In this document: positions 13,700-23,745 of the stretch, one piece after another | How the letters are laid out: every line of letters begins with the position of its first letter | Numbering within the stretch: position 1 is the first letter of the stretch | Origin: Myxococcales bacterium | GTDB taxonomy: Bacteria > Desulfobacterota > Binatia > HRBIN30 | Assembly: GCA_037445065.1 (NCBI GenBank) | Contig: JBBILD010000003.1 | Span: 32,001-96,000, forward strand | Length of the DNA: 64,000 nucleotides | Direction of reading: 5' to 3' | Notes under the pieces: generated by a model | Seen by the model: only the letters and a program-made list of their open reading frames with translations | Database searches by the model: none | What the model was told of the DNA's origin: nothing | Program-made: the position numbers and the translations under genes

Positions 13700-14260
13700 A
13701 TGTCGCAAAGTTCGTTGGCGCCCGGGTTTTTGCTGGCCATGCCGCAGATGACGGACCCGAACTTCGCGCGCTCCGTGGTGTTGCTGTGCCGGCACGATGG
13801 CGACGGAGCCATGGGTCTGGTGGTCAATCGCCCCACCTCTACCTTGGTGTCGAGCGTGGTGGCGTTCGAGCCGCCATTGCGCGCAGATCGGGCACAGATG
13901 CGGGTTTGGACGGGTGGACCGGTGGAACCCCATCGCGGCTGGCTGCTGCTCGGTTTCGATCCGGGTGGTGACCATGCTGTGTCCATTGGTCCAGGGTTGT
14001 ATCTTTCGGGTTCTGCGGACCTGCTGCGCCGCTTGCTGGAAGAAGAACCGGAGCGGGCTGCCGATGCCCGGTTTTTGTTGGGGTACGCTGGGTGGGCCGG
14101 CGGTCAGCTCGAGGGAGAGCTGGCTGCCTCTGCGTGGCTCACCGCGGATGCGGATAAGGACCTGATCTTCCACACCGATGCTTCGCTCATGTGGGAAACG
14201 GCGATCCGCCGCTTGGGCATTGATCCGTACGCACTGCAGCTTGGGTCGGGCGTCCATTGA
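13700..14260 (+). CDS. YqgE/AlgH family protein
   Basis: LLAMPQMTDPNFARSVV, GGPV, LGYAGWAGGQLEGE. Confidence 0.92.
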   Translation: MSQSSLAPGFLLAMPQMTDPNFARSVVLLCRHDGDGAMGLVVNRPTSTLVSSVVAFEPPLRADRAQMRVWTGGPVEPHRGWLLLGFDPGGDHAVSIGPGLYLSGSADLLRRLLEEEPERAADARFLLGYAGWAGGQLEGELAASAWLTADADKDLIFHTDASLMWETAIRRLGIDPYALQLGSGVH

Positions 14261-14272
14261 GCAGGCTTGCGC

Positions 14273-15076
14273 ATGAACGGTAGTCACGAGCATCCGCTGC
14301 CCTCCGCGCCGGGGGTCCTGGCGGGGAAACGAGCGTGCATCCTGGGTGTGGCCAACGACCACAGCTTAGCGTGGGGGATCGCGCAGGCTTTTGCGGCCCA
14401 AGGCGCAGAGCTCGCTTTTACCTATGCGAACGAGGCGTTCGAGCGCCGGGTGCGGCCGCTGGCGGCCTCTCTCAACGTGGAGCGCGTCTATCCCTGCGAT
14501 GTGCTGGTGGACGAACAAATTGCCGCTCTGGCTGAACGTTTGGGCGCGGTGTGGGGCAAGGTAGACGTGTTGGTGCACGCCATTGCCTTTGCCGAACGCG
14601 AGGACTTGAAAGGGCGTTTTCTCGATACCTCGCGCGCCGGCTTTCGCCTCGCTCTCGAGGTGAGCACGTACTCTCTGGTGGCGTTGGCGCGGGCGTTCGA
14701 GCCGTTGTTGCCGGCGGGCGGATCGGTGCTCACGCTCACGTACTTTGGCGCAGAGAAGGTGGTGCCGAATTATAACGTGATGGGCGTGGCCAAAGCGGCC
14801 CTCGAGGCGAGTGTCCGTTACCTTGCGTACGAGCTGGGCTCCAAGCAGGTACGGGTGAACGCCATTTCAGCCGGTCCGGTGCGCACTCTTTCTGCTGCTG
14901 GCATCAGCGGTTTTCGGGATATGCTGCGCCATCATGCCGAGCGAGCCCCACTGCGACGCAACATTCGCGCGGAGGAAGTCGCGCATGCGGCCGTGTACTT
15001 GGCGAGCGACTGGGCAAGTGGGGTCACCGGCGAGGTGGTCCATGTGGACGCGGGTTACAACATCGTGGGAGTGTGA
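14273..15076 (+). CDS. fabI: Enoyl-ACP reductase
   Basis: GVANDHSLAWGIA, YNVMGVAKAALE, NAISAGPVRT. Confidence 0.95.
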   Translation: MNGSHEHPLPSAPGVLAGKRACILGVANDHSLAWGIAQAFAAQGAELAFTYANEAFERRVRPLAASLNVERVYPCDVLVDEQIAALAERLGAVWGKVDVLVHAIAFAEREDLKGRFLDTSRAGFRLALEVSTYSLVALARAFEPLLPAGGSVLTLTYFGAEKVVPNYNVMGVAKAALEASVRYLAYELGSKQVRVNAISAGPVRTLSAAGISGFRDMLRHHAERAPLRRNIRAEEVAHAAVYLASDWASGVTGEVVHVDAGYNIVGV

Positions 15077-15139
15077 GCAGGAGGCGCACCGGAAGCCAGG
15101 TGCCAGACGGCGGCGCCGGCGCAGGCAGGCGAAAGAGCG

Positions 15140-15928
15140 ATGCGCCCAATCTTGTTTTCCATAGGTGACTTCTCCGTGCCCAGTTTCTGGGCCATGGCCT
15201 TTCTGGCGTTTGTGGCGGGCTTTTTCGTGGTCCGCTCCGAAGTGCAGCGGCGTGGGTTTCCGGCCGACCTTGCCTATGACATCCTGCTGTATGCGTACAT
15301 CGGAGGCTGGGTCGGGGCGCGCTTGTTCCTGATCCCCACTGCCTGGGATCTGTTTGGCTCCGATCCGCTGGCCTTCTTGCTCTCGGGCAGTGGCTGGGTC
15401 TGGTACGGCGGCCTCATTGGCGGCGCGCTAGCGGTTGCCTTCCTGGCGCGCCAGCGTGGCGTCCCGCTGCTGGTGCTCGCGGACATCACCGCACCAGCAC
15501 TGGCGTTGGGGTTAGGCATCGGGCGAATCGGCTGCCAGCTCAGTGGCGACGGCGATTACGGCGTTCCCACCGACCTGCCGTGGGCCATGAGCTACCCGCA
15601 CGGAGTGGTGCCGACCACCGAGCGCGTGCACCCAGCGCCGGTGTACGAGATGCTGGCTTCGTTCGCCATTTTTGCTTTCCTGTGGCGCAAGCGCCGGGCG
15701 GCGCGCAGCGGAGAGATCACCGGCTGGTACTTGCTCTTGGCGCCAGCGGCGCGCTTCGCAATCGAGTTTGTGCGGCGCAATCCGGCGTGGCTGTGGGGGC
15801 TGACGACGGCGCAAGCTTACAGCATCGCCCTGATGTTGCTCGGGATCTTCCTGCTCCGTACCGCGAAACGCGGCGCAAGGCAGAACACCGAGCAGGCTGC
15901 GCAAGCAGTGGCGGACGGCGCCGCGTGA
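15140..15928 (+). CDS. lgt: Prolipoprotein diacylglyceryl transferase
   Basis: GARL, WYGG, GRIGC, HPAPVYE, RFAIEFVR. Confidence 0.9.
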   Translation: MRPILFSIGDFSVPSFWAMAFLAFVAGFFVVRSEVQRRGFPADLAYDILLYAYIGGWVGARLFLIPTAWDLFGSDPLAFLLSGSGWVWYGGLIGGALAVAFLARQRGVPLLVLADITAPALALGLGIGRIGCQLSGDGDYGVPTDLPWAMSYPHGVVPTTERVHPAPVYEMLASFAIFAFLWRKRRAARSGEITGWYLLLAPAARFAIEFVRRNPAWLWGLTTAQAYSIALMLLGIFLLRTAKRGARQNTEQAAQAVADGAA

Positions 15929-16033
15929 GCCGCCTGGCGCAGGAGCCGGCCGAACGGCGGTCTGGGGCAGCACCGAGAGACGTTGGGCGTGGGCTTGCGC
16001 TCCCCGGCTGCGCCGGCCTAGATTGCCGGTATC

Positions 16034-16624
16034 GTGCGCAAAGCGTGGCTCCTGCTTGCCGTTGCGATCGTGGCTTCACCCGTACGCGGGCAAATCTACG
16101 CTTGGCGCGATGCAGATGGGGTTACGCACTTTACGAATCTCGAGGAGGAGATTCCTGCGAGTGAGCGGGCGAACGCCCGAGAGGTGGTCGGGGCCGCCTG
16201 GAGCCGTGCTGGGTTGCAGGCGGAAGCGGAACCGGCGCCACCGGTGAGAGAGGAGAGAGGTGCAGCCACGGTCGTCGTGCCCGCGTTGGCTACGCGGCCC
16301 GCACCCGTTCCACCTGTTCGAGTGAGGGAGGTCGCCGGGGGAAACGTTCAGATCCAAGGTCCGCTGGCGGTTGCCGTGGCTGATGCCCCTGCGTTCGCTG
16401 CTGCCGTACCGGCTGTGTTTCCCGGGTTTGTCACCACCGCCTTCGACCGCGGTCGCTCGCGCCATCGGACACTGCGGCTTCTGGCGGAGGAGGCGCTCTT
16501 CCCTGAGCTGGTTTGGCCTGTTGCTTTGGCGGTTCCTTCTTCGCCGTGCCCGCGTCCCTGGCTGACCTTTGCCGGCGGTCCGCGGTATTCGTGCCTCGAG
16601 TGGCCACCGCTGGCGTTACGCTGA
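16034..16624 (+). CDS. Secreted DUF4124-domain protein
   Basis: Signal peptide followed by QIYAWRDADGVTHFTN. Confidence 0.75.
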   Translation: MRKAWLLLAVAIVASPVRGQIYAWRDADGVTHFTNLEEEIPASERANAREVVGAAWSRAGLQAEAEPAPPVREERGAATVVVPALATRPAPVPPVRVREVAGGNVQIQGPLAVAVADAPAFAAAVPAVFPGFVTTAFDRGRSRHRTLRLLAEEALFPELVWPVALAVPSSPCPRPWLTFAGGPRYSCLEWPPLALR

Positions 16625-17095
16625 TCGAGAACGAGTGCGGACGACGTTCTTCTTTGGGGACCGTGCAGCGCGCGGGAGGTTTGGGGCGAGGGGATCGGGG
16701 GCCGCCAAAGTGGCCTCGTGCGGGCCTCAACCGGCGCTGCTTATGTGCAGAAGGTGCTTTCGCAGACGGGGCTGGGTGGTGAACCGGTCGGCCGACGGTT
16801 GGTTGTGCGCGTGAGAGAAGAAGAATCCGTTTGTGGTGCCCAGCAAGGGTGCGCACTGTGCGCCCCTACGGGGACCGCAGGAGCTGGACCACGAACCCCG
16901 TCGGGCACAACGGACGAGCCGGTAATTTTTTGTGGCAAGGGTCCGCCCGAGGTTCGCGCGCTTCGTAGCCGGGCCGCGTTGTCGCTCCCCTCCCTGCTTC
17001 CGAAGGTGGTGCAGAGCTCGCCATTGCGACCCTGATGCGGACCGTCTAGGCGAAGCATTTACGGACATCGTTTGGGTGAAAGACGGCGCGGAGTC

Positions 17096-17653
17096 ATGAA
17101 GATCGAAAGACTTTTGCAGCGCGAGCAAAGCATCGTTGTTGTGATTGACATTCAGGAGGCGTACCGCGGAAAGACCTTTTGCGAGGAACGCTTTCTCGCT
17201 GCGACGCAACGGCTGTTGCGCAGCGCGCAGTTGGTCGGTGTTCCTGTGCTGGCGACCGAACAGTACCCGCGCGGCTTGGGTGCCACCTTGCCGGAGATTC
17301 GCTCCCTATTTGGTAGCGAGGCGAAGGTCTTCGAGAAGCGCAGCCTGAGTTGCTGGCATGCCGCGGGCTTTGCGGAAGCGTTGCGGGCTGCAGCGCGCTG
17401 GCAGCTAGTGGTTTGTGGGTTGGAGACCCATGCTTGTGTCAACCAGACCGTGCACGACTTGTTGGCGCGAGGGTTCCAGGTGCACGTCCCGGTAGACGCT
17501 GTGGCGTCGCGCTTTCCGCTCGACTACCGCGTTGGGCTACGCAAAATGTTCCAGAGCGGTGCCGTTCCTGCCACGGTGGAGATGGTAGCTTTCGAGTGGC
17601 TACGCACCGCCGAGGCCAAGGAATTCAAGTCGGTGCAGCAACTCTTCAAATAG
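17096..17653 (+). CDS. Isochorismatase family hydrolase
   Basis: VIDIQE, TEQYPRGLG, GLETHACVNQT. Confidence 0.9.
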   Translation: MKIERLLQREQSIVVVIDIQEAYRGKTFCEERFLAATQRLLRSAQLVGVPVLATEQYPRGLGATLPEIRSLFGSEAKVFEKRSLSCWHAAGFAEALRAAARWQLVVCGLETHACVNQTVHDLLARGFQVHVPVDAVASRFPLDYRVGLRKMFQSGAVPATVEMVAFEWLRTAEAKEFKSVQQLFK

Positions 17654-17736
17654 TGGCCTCTGACAACGGAGTGCGGTGTGGGAATGGTGCGCGGGCCGCG
17701 CCAATCCGCTAAGCGGATTCATCTCGAGGATCAGAG

Positions 17737-19143
17737 ATGGGTCGAACACTGTTGGATAAAGTTTGGGAAGCGCACACTGTGCGCGAACTGCCGGGAGGGC
17801 AGACACAGCTCTTCATTGGTTTGCACCTGGTGCACGAAGTGACCAGCCCGCAGGCCTTTCAGATGCTGCGCGAACAAGGGCTCCGGGTGCTGTTTCCAGA
17901 GCGGACGGTCGCGACTGTGGATCACATCATCCCCACCGACACGCGACGGCGGCCGTATGCGGACGAGCAGGCCGAGGGGATGATGAGCGCCATCGAGCGG
18001 AACTGCGCTGAGTTCGGAATTCGCTTCTTTAACGCCAACAGCGGGCAGCAGGGAATCGTGCACGTGTTGGGTCCGGAACTCGGCCTCACGCAGCCTGGGA
18101 TGACGGTGGCGTGCGGCGACAGCCACACCAGTACGCATGGTGCGCTGGGGGCTGTGGCCTTTGGCATCGGCACCAGTCAGGTGCGCGATGTCTTGGCCGC
18201 GCAGTGCCTGGTGATGCAAAAACCGCGGGTGCGGCGCATTGTAGTCCGTGGGCGCCTGGCGCGCGGAGTGTATGCCAAGGACGTGATCTTGTTCATCATC
18301 CGCAAGCTCGGGGTGAAAGGCGGGGTCGGCTACGCCTACGAATATGCGGGTGAGGTGATCGATGCCATGTCCATGGAAGAGCGCATGACGGTGTGCAACA
18401 TGAGCATCGAAGGCGGGGCGCGGCTCGGGTACGTGAATCCGGACCAGAAGACGTTCGACTACTTGCGCGGGCGGCCTTTTGCGCCGGCGGGGGACGCCTT
18501 CGAGCGTGCGGTAACGTGGTGGTCGGCGATGGCCTCGGATGCGAACGCAGCCTACGACGATGTGGTCGAGTTGGACGGTTCCGCCATCGCTCCCACGGTT
18601 ACCTGGGGGATCAACCCCGGGCAGGCAATCGGGGTGGACGAGACGATCCCTCCGCCCGAGGCCTTTCCGCCGGATGAGCGCGCGGTTGCAGAGGAGGCGT
18701 ACGCGTACATGGATGTGCAGCCGGGCAAGCCGATCCGCGGTATGAAGATCGACGTCGCTTTTATTGGCTCCTGCACCAACGGCCGCCTTTCCGACTTGCG
18801 CGAGGCTGCCCGGATTGCTCGCTTGGGCCGCGTGCGACCGCATGTAAAGGCCCTGGTCGTGCCCGGTTCGGAAGCGGTGGCACGGGCTGCAGAGGAGGAG
18901 GGATTGCACGAAATCTTTGGCGCTGCGGGCTTCGAATGGCGCTTGCCAGGTTGCTCGATGTGCCTGGCTATGAACCCGGACAAGCTCGTCGGCCGCCAAG
19001 TGTGCGCTTCCTCCAGCAACCGCAATTTCAAGGGGCGGCAGGGATCCCCGGCCGGACGGACCTTGCTGATGAGTCCGGCGATGGTGGCGGCAGCGGCGAT
19101 CGCGGGCGAGGTCGTGGATGTACGCGAGGTTCTGAAAGACTGA
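17737..19143 (+). CDS. leuC: 3-isopropylmalate dehydratase large subunit
   Basis: [40 protein letters not shown]. Confidence 0.97.
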   Translation: MGRTLLDKVWEAHTVRELPGGQTQLFIGLHLVHEVTSPQAFQMLREQGLRVLFPERTVATVDHIIPTDTRRRPYADEQAEGMMSAIERNCAEFGIRFFNANSGQQGIVHVLGPELGLTQPGMTVACGDSHTSTHGALGAVAFGIGTSQVRDVLAAQCLVMQKPRVRRIVVRGRLARGVYAKDVILFIIRKLGVKGGVGYAYEYAGEVIDAMSMEERMTVCNMSIEGGARLGYVNPDQKTFDYLRGRPFAPAGDAFERAVTWWSAMASDANAAYDDVVELDGSAIAPTVTWGINPGQAIGVDETIPPPEAFPPDERAVAEEAYAYMDVQPGKPIRGMKIDVAFIGSCTNGRLSDLREAARIARLGRVRPHVKALVVPGSEAVARAAEEEGLHEIFGAAGFEWRLPGCSMCLAMNPDKLVGRQVCASSSNRNFKGRQGSPAGRTLLMSPAMVAAAAIAGEVVDVREVLKD

Positions 19144-19160
19144 ATAGGCAGGAGGAGCGG

Positions 19161-19781
19161 ATGGCAAAATCGAGCCGAATCGAACGGGTCGAGGGGCGCC
19201 CCATCCCGTTGCGTGGAAACGATATTGATACCGATCGGATTATCCCGGCCCGCTTCATGAAGGTGGTGATCTTCGAAGGGCTCGGCCAGTACGCCTTTTA
19301 TGATGAGCGTTTCGACGCGCAGGGTCGTTCCAAAGGGCACGTTCTCGACGACCCTCGCTTCCAAGCCAAAGGCCCGCGGATCGCCGTGGTGAACAAGAAC
19401 TTTGGTTGTGGCTCGTCGCGGGAACATGCGCCCCAAGCGCTGCTGCGGTGGGGGATTCGCGCGCTCGTCGGTGAGTCCTTCGCGGATATCTTTTTCGGGA
19501 ATTGCATTGCTTTGGGCATGCCGTGCGTGACCGCGGGTGAGGAAGCGATTACCACGCTGCAGGAGTTGGTAGAACGCCACCCGCAGGAGATCATGGTGGT
19601 TGATTTGAACGAGTGCCGCGTGTCGTTTGTGGGGCGAAGTATCCCGGTGCAAATTCCAGAGGCTGCGCGCCGGCAACTGCTGGAGGGCACCTGGGATGCC
19701 ACGCAGATCTTGCTGCAAGCAGAAGAGCAAATCCGCGAGACGGCGCGGCGCCTCCCCTACGTGCGCGGCTTTTCGAGCTGA
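19161..19781 (+). CDS. leuD: 3-isopropylmalate dehydratase small subunit
   Basis: DIDTDRIIPARF, NFGCGSSREHA; GGAGGAG RBS before ATG 19161. Confidence 0.97.
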   Translation: MAKSSRIERVEGRPIPLRGNDIDTDRIIPARFMKVVIFEGLGQYAFYDERFDAQGRSKGHVLDDPRFQAKGPRIAVVNKNFGCGSSREHAPQALLRWGIRALVGESFADIFFGNCIALGMPCVTAGEEAITTLQELVERHPQEIMVVDLNECRVSFVGRSIPVQIPEAARRQLLEGTWDATQILLQAEEQIRETARRLPYVRGFSS

Positions 19782-19802
19782 CTGCCGAAGGCAGACCTGG
19801 TG

Positions 19803-20633
19803 ATGGCGGCAAGCGAACGAGAGGGGGATGGGCAAGCCACAGCGCGCGAGCGTCTGCGCCTGCTTTATGAGCTGAACCGGGACCTGACCACCTTTGCCGA
19901 TCTGGCTCGCTTGCTGGCTTTTGCTACCGAACGCGGGCGTGTTCTCTTCGAAGCCGAGGGCTGCGCGATCTTGATGCTCGATCCCAAGAGGAACGAGTTT
20001 TACTTCCCGGTGGTCAGCGACGTTGACGCTTCGTCGGAGGCAAAACTGGGAGAGGTGCGTTTCCCGGCCGATCGCGGTATTGCGGGCTGGGTGCTCGCTC
20101 ATGATCGTGCCGAGCTCGTGGCGGATACCGCCAATGATGAGCGCTTTTACCGCGGCGTCGACCAGCAGACGCACATGACAACGCGGTCCCTGCTGTGCGC
20201 TCCTTTGCGCACGCGAACGGGGAACATCGGGGTCATGGAGGTCGTGAACCCTGCGCCTCGGTTCTTGACCCCGGCTGACTTGGAGTTTTTGGAGGCGGTG
20301 GCGGCGGACGTGGCTGTGGCTTGCGAGAAAGCGCAACTCTACGAGCGCTTGCGCGACGAGGCGCTGGGCTTGCGGCAAGTGTGCCGGGTGGCCGGGCTGA
20401 CTCTGGCGGTGGCAGGGGGAGTACTGGTGGCAGGTGCGGTCTTGGGGCAGCTCGGGCGGGCGCTGCCGGTGCTGGAACTCGTAGTGCGGCCTACCTTCGT
20501 GATGGGTGTGGTCGCCGTTTTGGGAGGTGGCTTGCTCACCGCGGTGGCCCAGGGGTGGCTGGTTCCGCCGGCCGAGGCGACTCGGGTAGCCGCAGGTGGA
20601 GGAAGTACTCCACGTTTCCCTTTGGTCCGGTAA
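19803..20633 (+). CDS. GAF-domain protein with C-terminal transmembrane helices
   Basis: GIAGWV, DERFY, TRSLLCAPL, IGVMEVVN; two hydrophobic C-terminal helices. Confidence 0.8.
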   Translation: MAASEREGDGQATARERLRLLYELNRDLTTFADLARLLAFATERGRVLFEAEGCAILMLDPKRNEFYFPVVSDVDASSEAKLGEVRFPADRGIAGWVLAHDRAELVADTANDERFYRGVDQQTHMTTRSLLCAPLRTRTGNIGVMEVVNPAPRFLTPADLEFLEAVAADVAVACEKAQLYERLRDEALGLRQVCRVAGLTLAVAGGVLVAGAVLGQLGRALPVLELVVRPTFVMGVVAVLGGGLLTAVAQGWLVPPAEATRVAAGGGSTPRFPLVR

Positions 20634-21324
20634 TCGGTGAGGTGCACTCACCGTAGCAATCAAAACCTAGCTGCACGGCGAAGGCGCGGATTGCGCGCAC
20701 CGCCGCATCGCGGGCCGTAGCGCTGCGCACGACGCCGCCGGAGCCCACTAGTTCGCGGCCGACCTCGAATTGGGGTTTGACCAGCGGCAGCACATCGGCT
20801 CCGGGGAGGAGCAAGCCGACGATCACGGGCAGAACGAGGCGCAGGGAAATGAAGGAAACGTCAATCACGGCCAGAGACGCGCGCTCCAGGAGTTGCTCGG
20901 GAGTCACATGGCGGATGTTCGTGCGCTCCAAAACCACCACACGCGGGTCCCTGCGCAACTTCCAGGCGAGCTGCCCATAGCCAACATCGATTGCGTAAAC
21001 CCGCGCTGCACCTCGCTGCAGCAAGCAGTCCGTGAAGCCGCCTGTGGAAGCGCCGACATCGAGTGCGATGCGCCCCCGCACGTCGAGCGCGAAGGAGTCG
21101 AGGGCGTGGGCGAGCTTGAGGCCACCACGGCTGACAAACGGAAGATCCTCCCCCCGGACCTCGAGCGCAGCATCCTCCGGCAGCAGCGTTCCCGGTTTTC
21201 GCACGAGCTGGGTGCCGTGGTAGACCGCCCCGGCTAACACCAAAGCTTGCGCCCGCTCGCGGCTAGGTGCCAGCCCGCGTTCGACGAGAAGCTTGTCGGC
21301 GCGTACACGGCGGCGAGACCTCAT
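20536..21324 (-). CDS. tlyA: TlyA family rRNA 2'-O-methyltransferase
   Basis: S4 domain, FVSRGGLKL, DVGASTGGFTD, DVSFISL, KPQFE. Confidence 0.95.
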   Translation of the reverse strand: MRSRRRVRADKLLVERGLAPSRERAQALVLAGAVYHGTQLVRKPGTLLPEDAALEVRGEDLPFVSRGGLKLAHALDSFALDVRGRIALDVGASTGGFTDCLLQRGAARVYAIDVGYGQLAWKLRRDPRVVVLERTNIRHVTPEQLLERASLAVIDVSFISLRLVLPVIVGLLLPGADVLPLVKPQFEVGRELVGSGGVVRSATARDAAVRAIRAFAVQLGFDCYGECTSPITGPKGNVEYFLHLRLPESPRPAEPATPGPPR

Positions 21325-22214
21325 GGGGAACAAGCCCGCGCCACGATTAGGCGGGCAATTTGCCGCAGTGGCTCCGCTCGCTGATCGAACCCGGCAAGCT
21401 CGTTGAGGGCGGAGTCGAGCAACTCGCGGGCGCGCTGCTTGGAGGCGGGCAAGCCGAGCACTGCCGGAAAAGTAGCCTTTTGCCGCTCGCGGTCGCGACC
21501 ACCTCGCTTGCCGGTGAGCTGAAAGCTTCCCTCTTCATCCAAGATGTCGTCCGCGATTTGGAAGGCAAGGCCGAGAAACTCCGCGTACCGTGTGAGGCGG
21601 CGCAAGTCACTTGAGCGCGCCCCGCCCAGGATCGCGCCCGCCCGCACGCTGGCGCGGATCAACTCGCCGGTTTTGCGCACGTGGATGTACTCCACCAGGG
21701 GCAGGTCGGGGGTGGAATGCTCCGCATGGAGATCCGCCGCCTGGCCCGCCACCATCCCGCGGGCCCCAGCCGCCGCCGCCACCTCGACCAGCACCTGCAG
21801 GGCCCGCCGCGGCGGTACGGAGCCAGAGAGTGCCGCCTGACCCATGAGGTGGAATGCCTCGGTCAAGAGAGCGTCTCCGGCGAGAATGGCCAGTGCCTCG
21901 CCAAAGACCACATGGCTGGTGGGCCGCCCACGGCGCAACTCATCGTCGTCCATGGCGGGAAGGTCGTCGTGGATCAGGGAGTAGGTGTGGATCATCTCGA
22001 TGGCACAAGCAAAGGGCAGAATGGGCTCGAGAGATCCCCCCACTGCTTCGCTGGCTGCCAGCGCCAGCACCGGGCGCAGCCGCTTGCCACCGGAGAGAAG
22101 GCTATAGCGAATGGCTTCGATCAGGCGATCTGGATGTTGCGTGGCGGGAAAGTAGCGATCGAGAGCCCGGTCCACTAAGCGCCGCTTTTGTTCGAGGTAG
22201 CGGTTCAGCCGCAA
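21321..22214 (-). CDS. ispA: Farnesyl/geranylgeranyl diphosphate synthase
   Basis: GGKRLRP, HDDLPAMDDD, FQIADDILD. Confidence 0.95.
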   Translation of the reverse strand: MRLNRYLEQKRRLVDRALDRYFPATQHPDRLIEAIRYSLLSGGKRLRPVLALAASEAVGGSLEPILPFACAIEMIHTYSLIHDDLPAMDDDELRRGRPTSHVVFGEALAILAGDALLTEAFHLMGQAALSGSVPPRRALQVLVEVAAAAGARGMVAGQAADLHAEHSTPDLPLVEYIHVRKTGELIRASVRAGAILGGARSSDLRRLTRYAEFLGLAFQIADDILDEEGSFQLTGKRGGRDRERQKATFPAVLGLPASKQRARELLDSALNELAGFDQRAEPLRQIARLIVARACSP

Positions 22215-22218
22215 CGGC

Positions 22219-22461
22219 TCACTCCTCCGTTTCTGGTTCGAGTGACATGAGTGTGAGCTGGCCTTCTGCAGAGCGGGTCAGCACCTCTACTTTGCTCTCG
22301 ATTTGTGTCAACCGCTCGTTGAGTTTGCGGACCAAGGCGACACCTTGCTCGAATGTCGCCAGAGCGTCCTCGAGCGGCAAGTCACCCCGCTCCAGCCGGC
22401 GAACGATTTCTTCGAGGGCGCGCATGGCTTCCTCGAACGACTGCAGAGATTCCTCGCTCAT
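22219..22461 (-). CDS. xseB: Exodeoxyribonuclease VII small subunit
   Basis: SFEEAMRALEEIVRRLERGDLPLEDAL; lies between xseA and ispA. Confidence 0.95.
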   Translation of the reverse strand: MSEESLQSFEEAMRALEEIVRRLERGDLPLEDALATFEQGVALVRKLNERLTQIESKVEVLTRSAEGQLTLMSLEPETEE

Positions 22462-23690
22462 GATCCTTCCTCTCCTTGCTCGACCGTTTCCACCCGGACT
22501 TGCGAGGCTCCGCGGGCAAAGCGCAGGCGTAAGCGGTCCCCGGAACTGAGGGATCGAGCATCGCGGACGATGGCGCCGCTGTCCACCCGGGTGGCAAGAG
22601 CAAAGCCTCGGTCGAGCACCGCCAGCGGGCTCAGCGCGTGCAACTGCTCTGCAAGGGCGCGTGCCCTGAGCCGGTGTTGAAGGACAAGCCGCCCGATGGC
22701 GCGTGCCGCGCGCTCGCCCAGTTCATCGAGCCGCAGGCGGTGGTTCTCGATGGCGTGGCGCGGGTCGCGCAGCCGCCGCGCCAAGTGGGAAAGCCTTTCG
22801 CGGTGCAGGCTGAGAGTGCGACCAAACGCACTGGCCAACAGTCGCCGCTGTTGTTCGATGTGGGCGAGCAAGTCGCGCCGATGCGGAACCACCATGGTGG
22901 CAGCGGCGGTCGGAGTGGGAGCGCGGCGGTCGGCAACCAAATCGGCAATCGTGACATCAATCTCGTGGCCGACTGCGGAGACGATCGGAACTCTGCAGGC
23001 CGCAATCGCCCGCGCCACAGCCTCGTCATTGAAGGCCCACAAGTCTTCGCGCGAGCCGCCCCCGCGGCCGACAATGATCACGTCGAGATCGGGCAACCGT
23101 TGTAAGTCGTGCAGCGCTTGCACGATCTCGCCCGGTGCCTCCTTGCCTTGCACCAACACAGGCCGAACCACCACTGGCACGCTGGGCATACGTTGGTGCA
23201 ACACGACCAGCATGTCCCGAATCGCTGCGCCGCCGAGGGCGGTTACGATGCCGACCCGGCGCGGCAGAAACGGCAGTGGGCGCTTGCGTTCCTCCGCGAA
23301 CAGCCCCTCTGCAGCGAGCCGTTGCTTGAGCTGTTCGAGAGCCAGGTGCACGCTACCAATTCCGCACGGCTCCATCGTGTCCACGTACAACTGCAGCGTG
23401 CCCCGTACCTCATACAGGCTCACCCGGCCGTGCACCAGCACCTTGAGTCCATCTTCCGGACGAAAGGCAAGAGCCCGGTTTGCGCCACGGAACATGACCG
23501 CGGAGATTTGCGACTGCTCGTCCTTGAGCACGAAATAAAAGTGCCCGGAGGGCGGCACACGAAAGTTCGAGATTTCTCCCACCACCCAACACTCCTCGAG
23601 CACGGTCTCGAGCGCTTCGCGTACGCGCTGCGTTAGTTCGGACACGGTCAGGTAACTCGGGCGGGGCCAGAGCCCCGGGGTGTCACTCAT
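22458..23690 (-). CDS. xseA: Exodeoxyribonuclease VII large subunit
   Basis: GEISN, SGHFYF, GRGGGSREDLWAFN, SAVGHEID, PTPTAAA. Confidence 0.96.
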   Translation of the reverse strand: MSDTPGLWPRPSYLTVSELTQRVREALETVLEECWVVGEISNFRVPPSGHFYFVLKDEQSQISAVMFRGANRALAFRPEDGLKVLVHGRVSLYEVRGTLQLYVDTMEPCGIGSVHLALEQLKQRLAAEGLFAEERKRPLPFLPRRVGIVTALGGAAIRDMLVVLHQRMPSVPVVVRPVLVQGKEAPGEIVQALHDLQRLPDLDVIIVGRGGGSREDLWAFNDEAVARAIAACRVPIVSAVGHEIDVTIADLVADRRAPTPTAAATMVVPHRRDLLAHIEQQRRLLASAFGRTLSLHRERLSHLARRLRDPRHAIENHRLRLDELGERAARAIGRLVLQHRLRARALAEQLHALSPLAVLDRGFALATRVDSGAIVRDARSLSSGDRLRLRFARGASQVRVETVEQGEEGS

Positions 23691-23745
23691 GACCTGGCTC
23701 TTACCAAAGAGGCGCGTCAAGCAGCAACGCGCTGTTCCTGCACCC

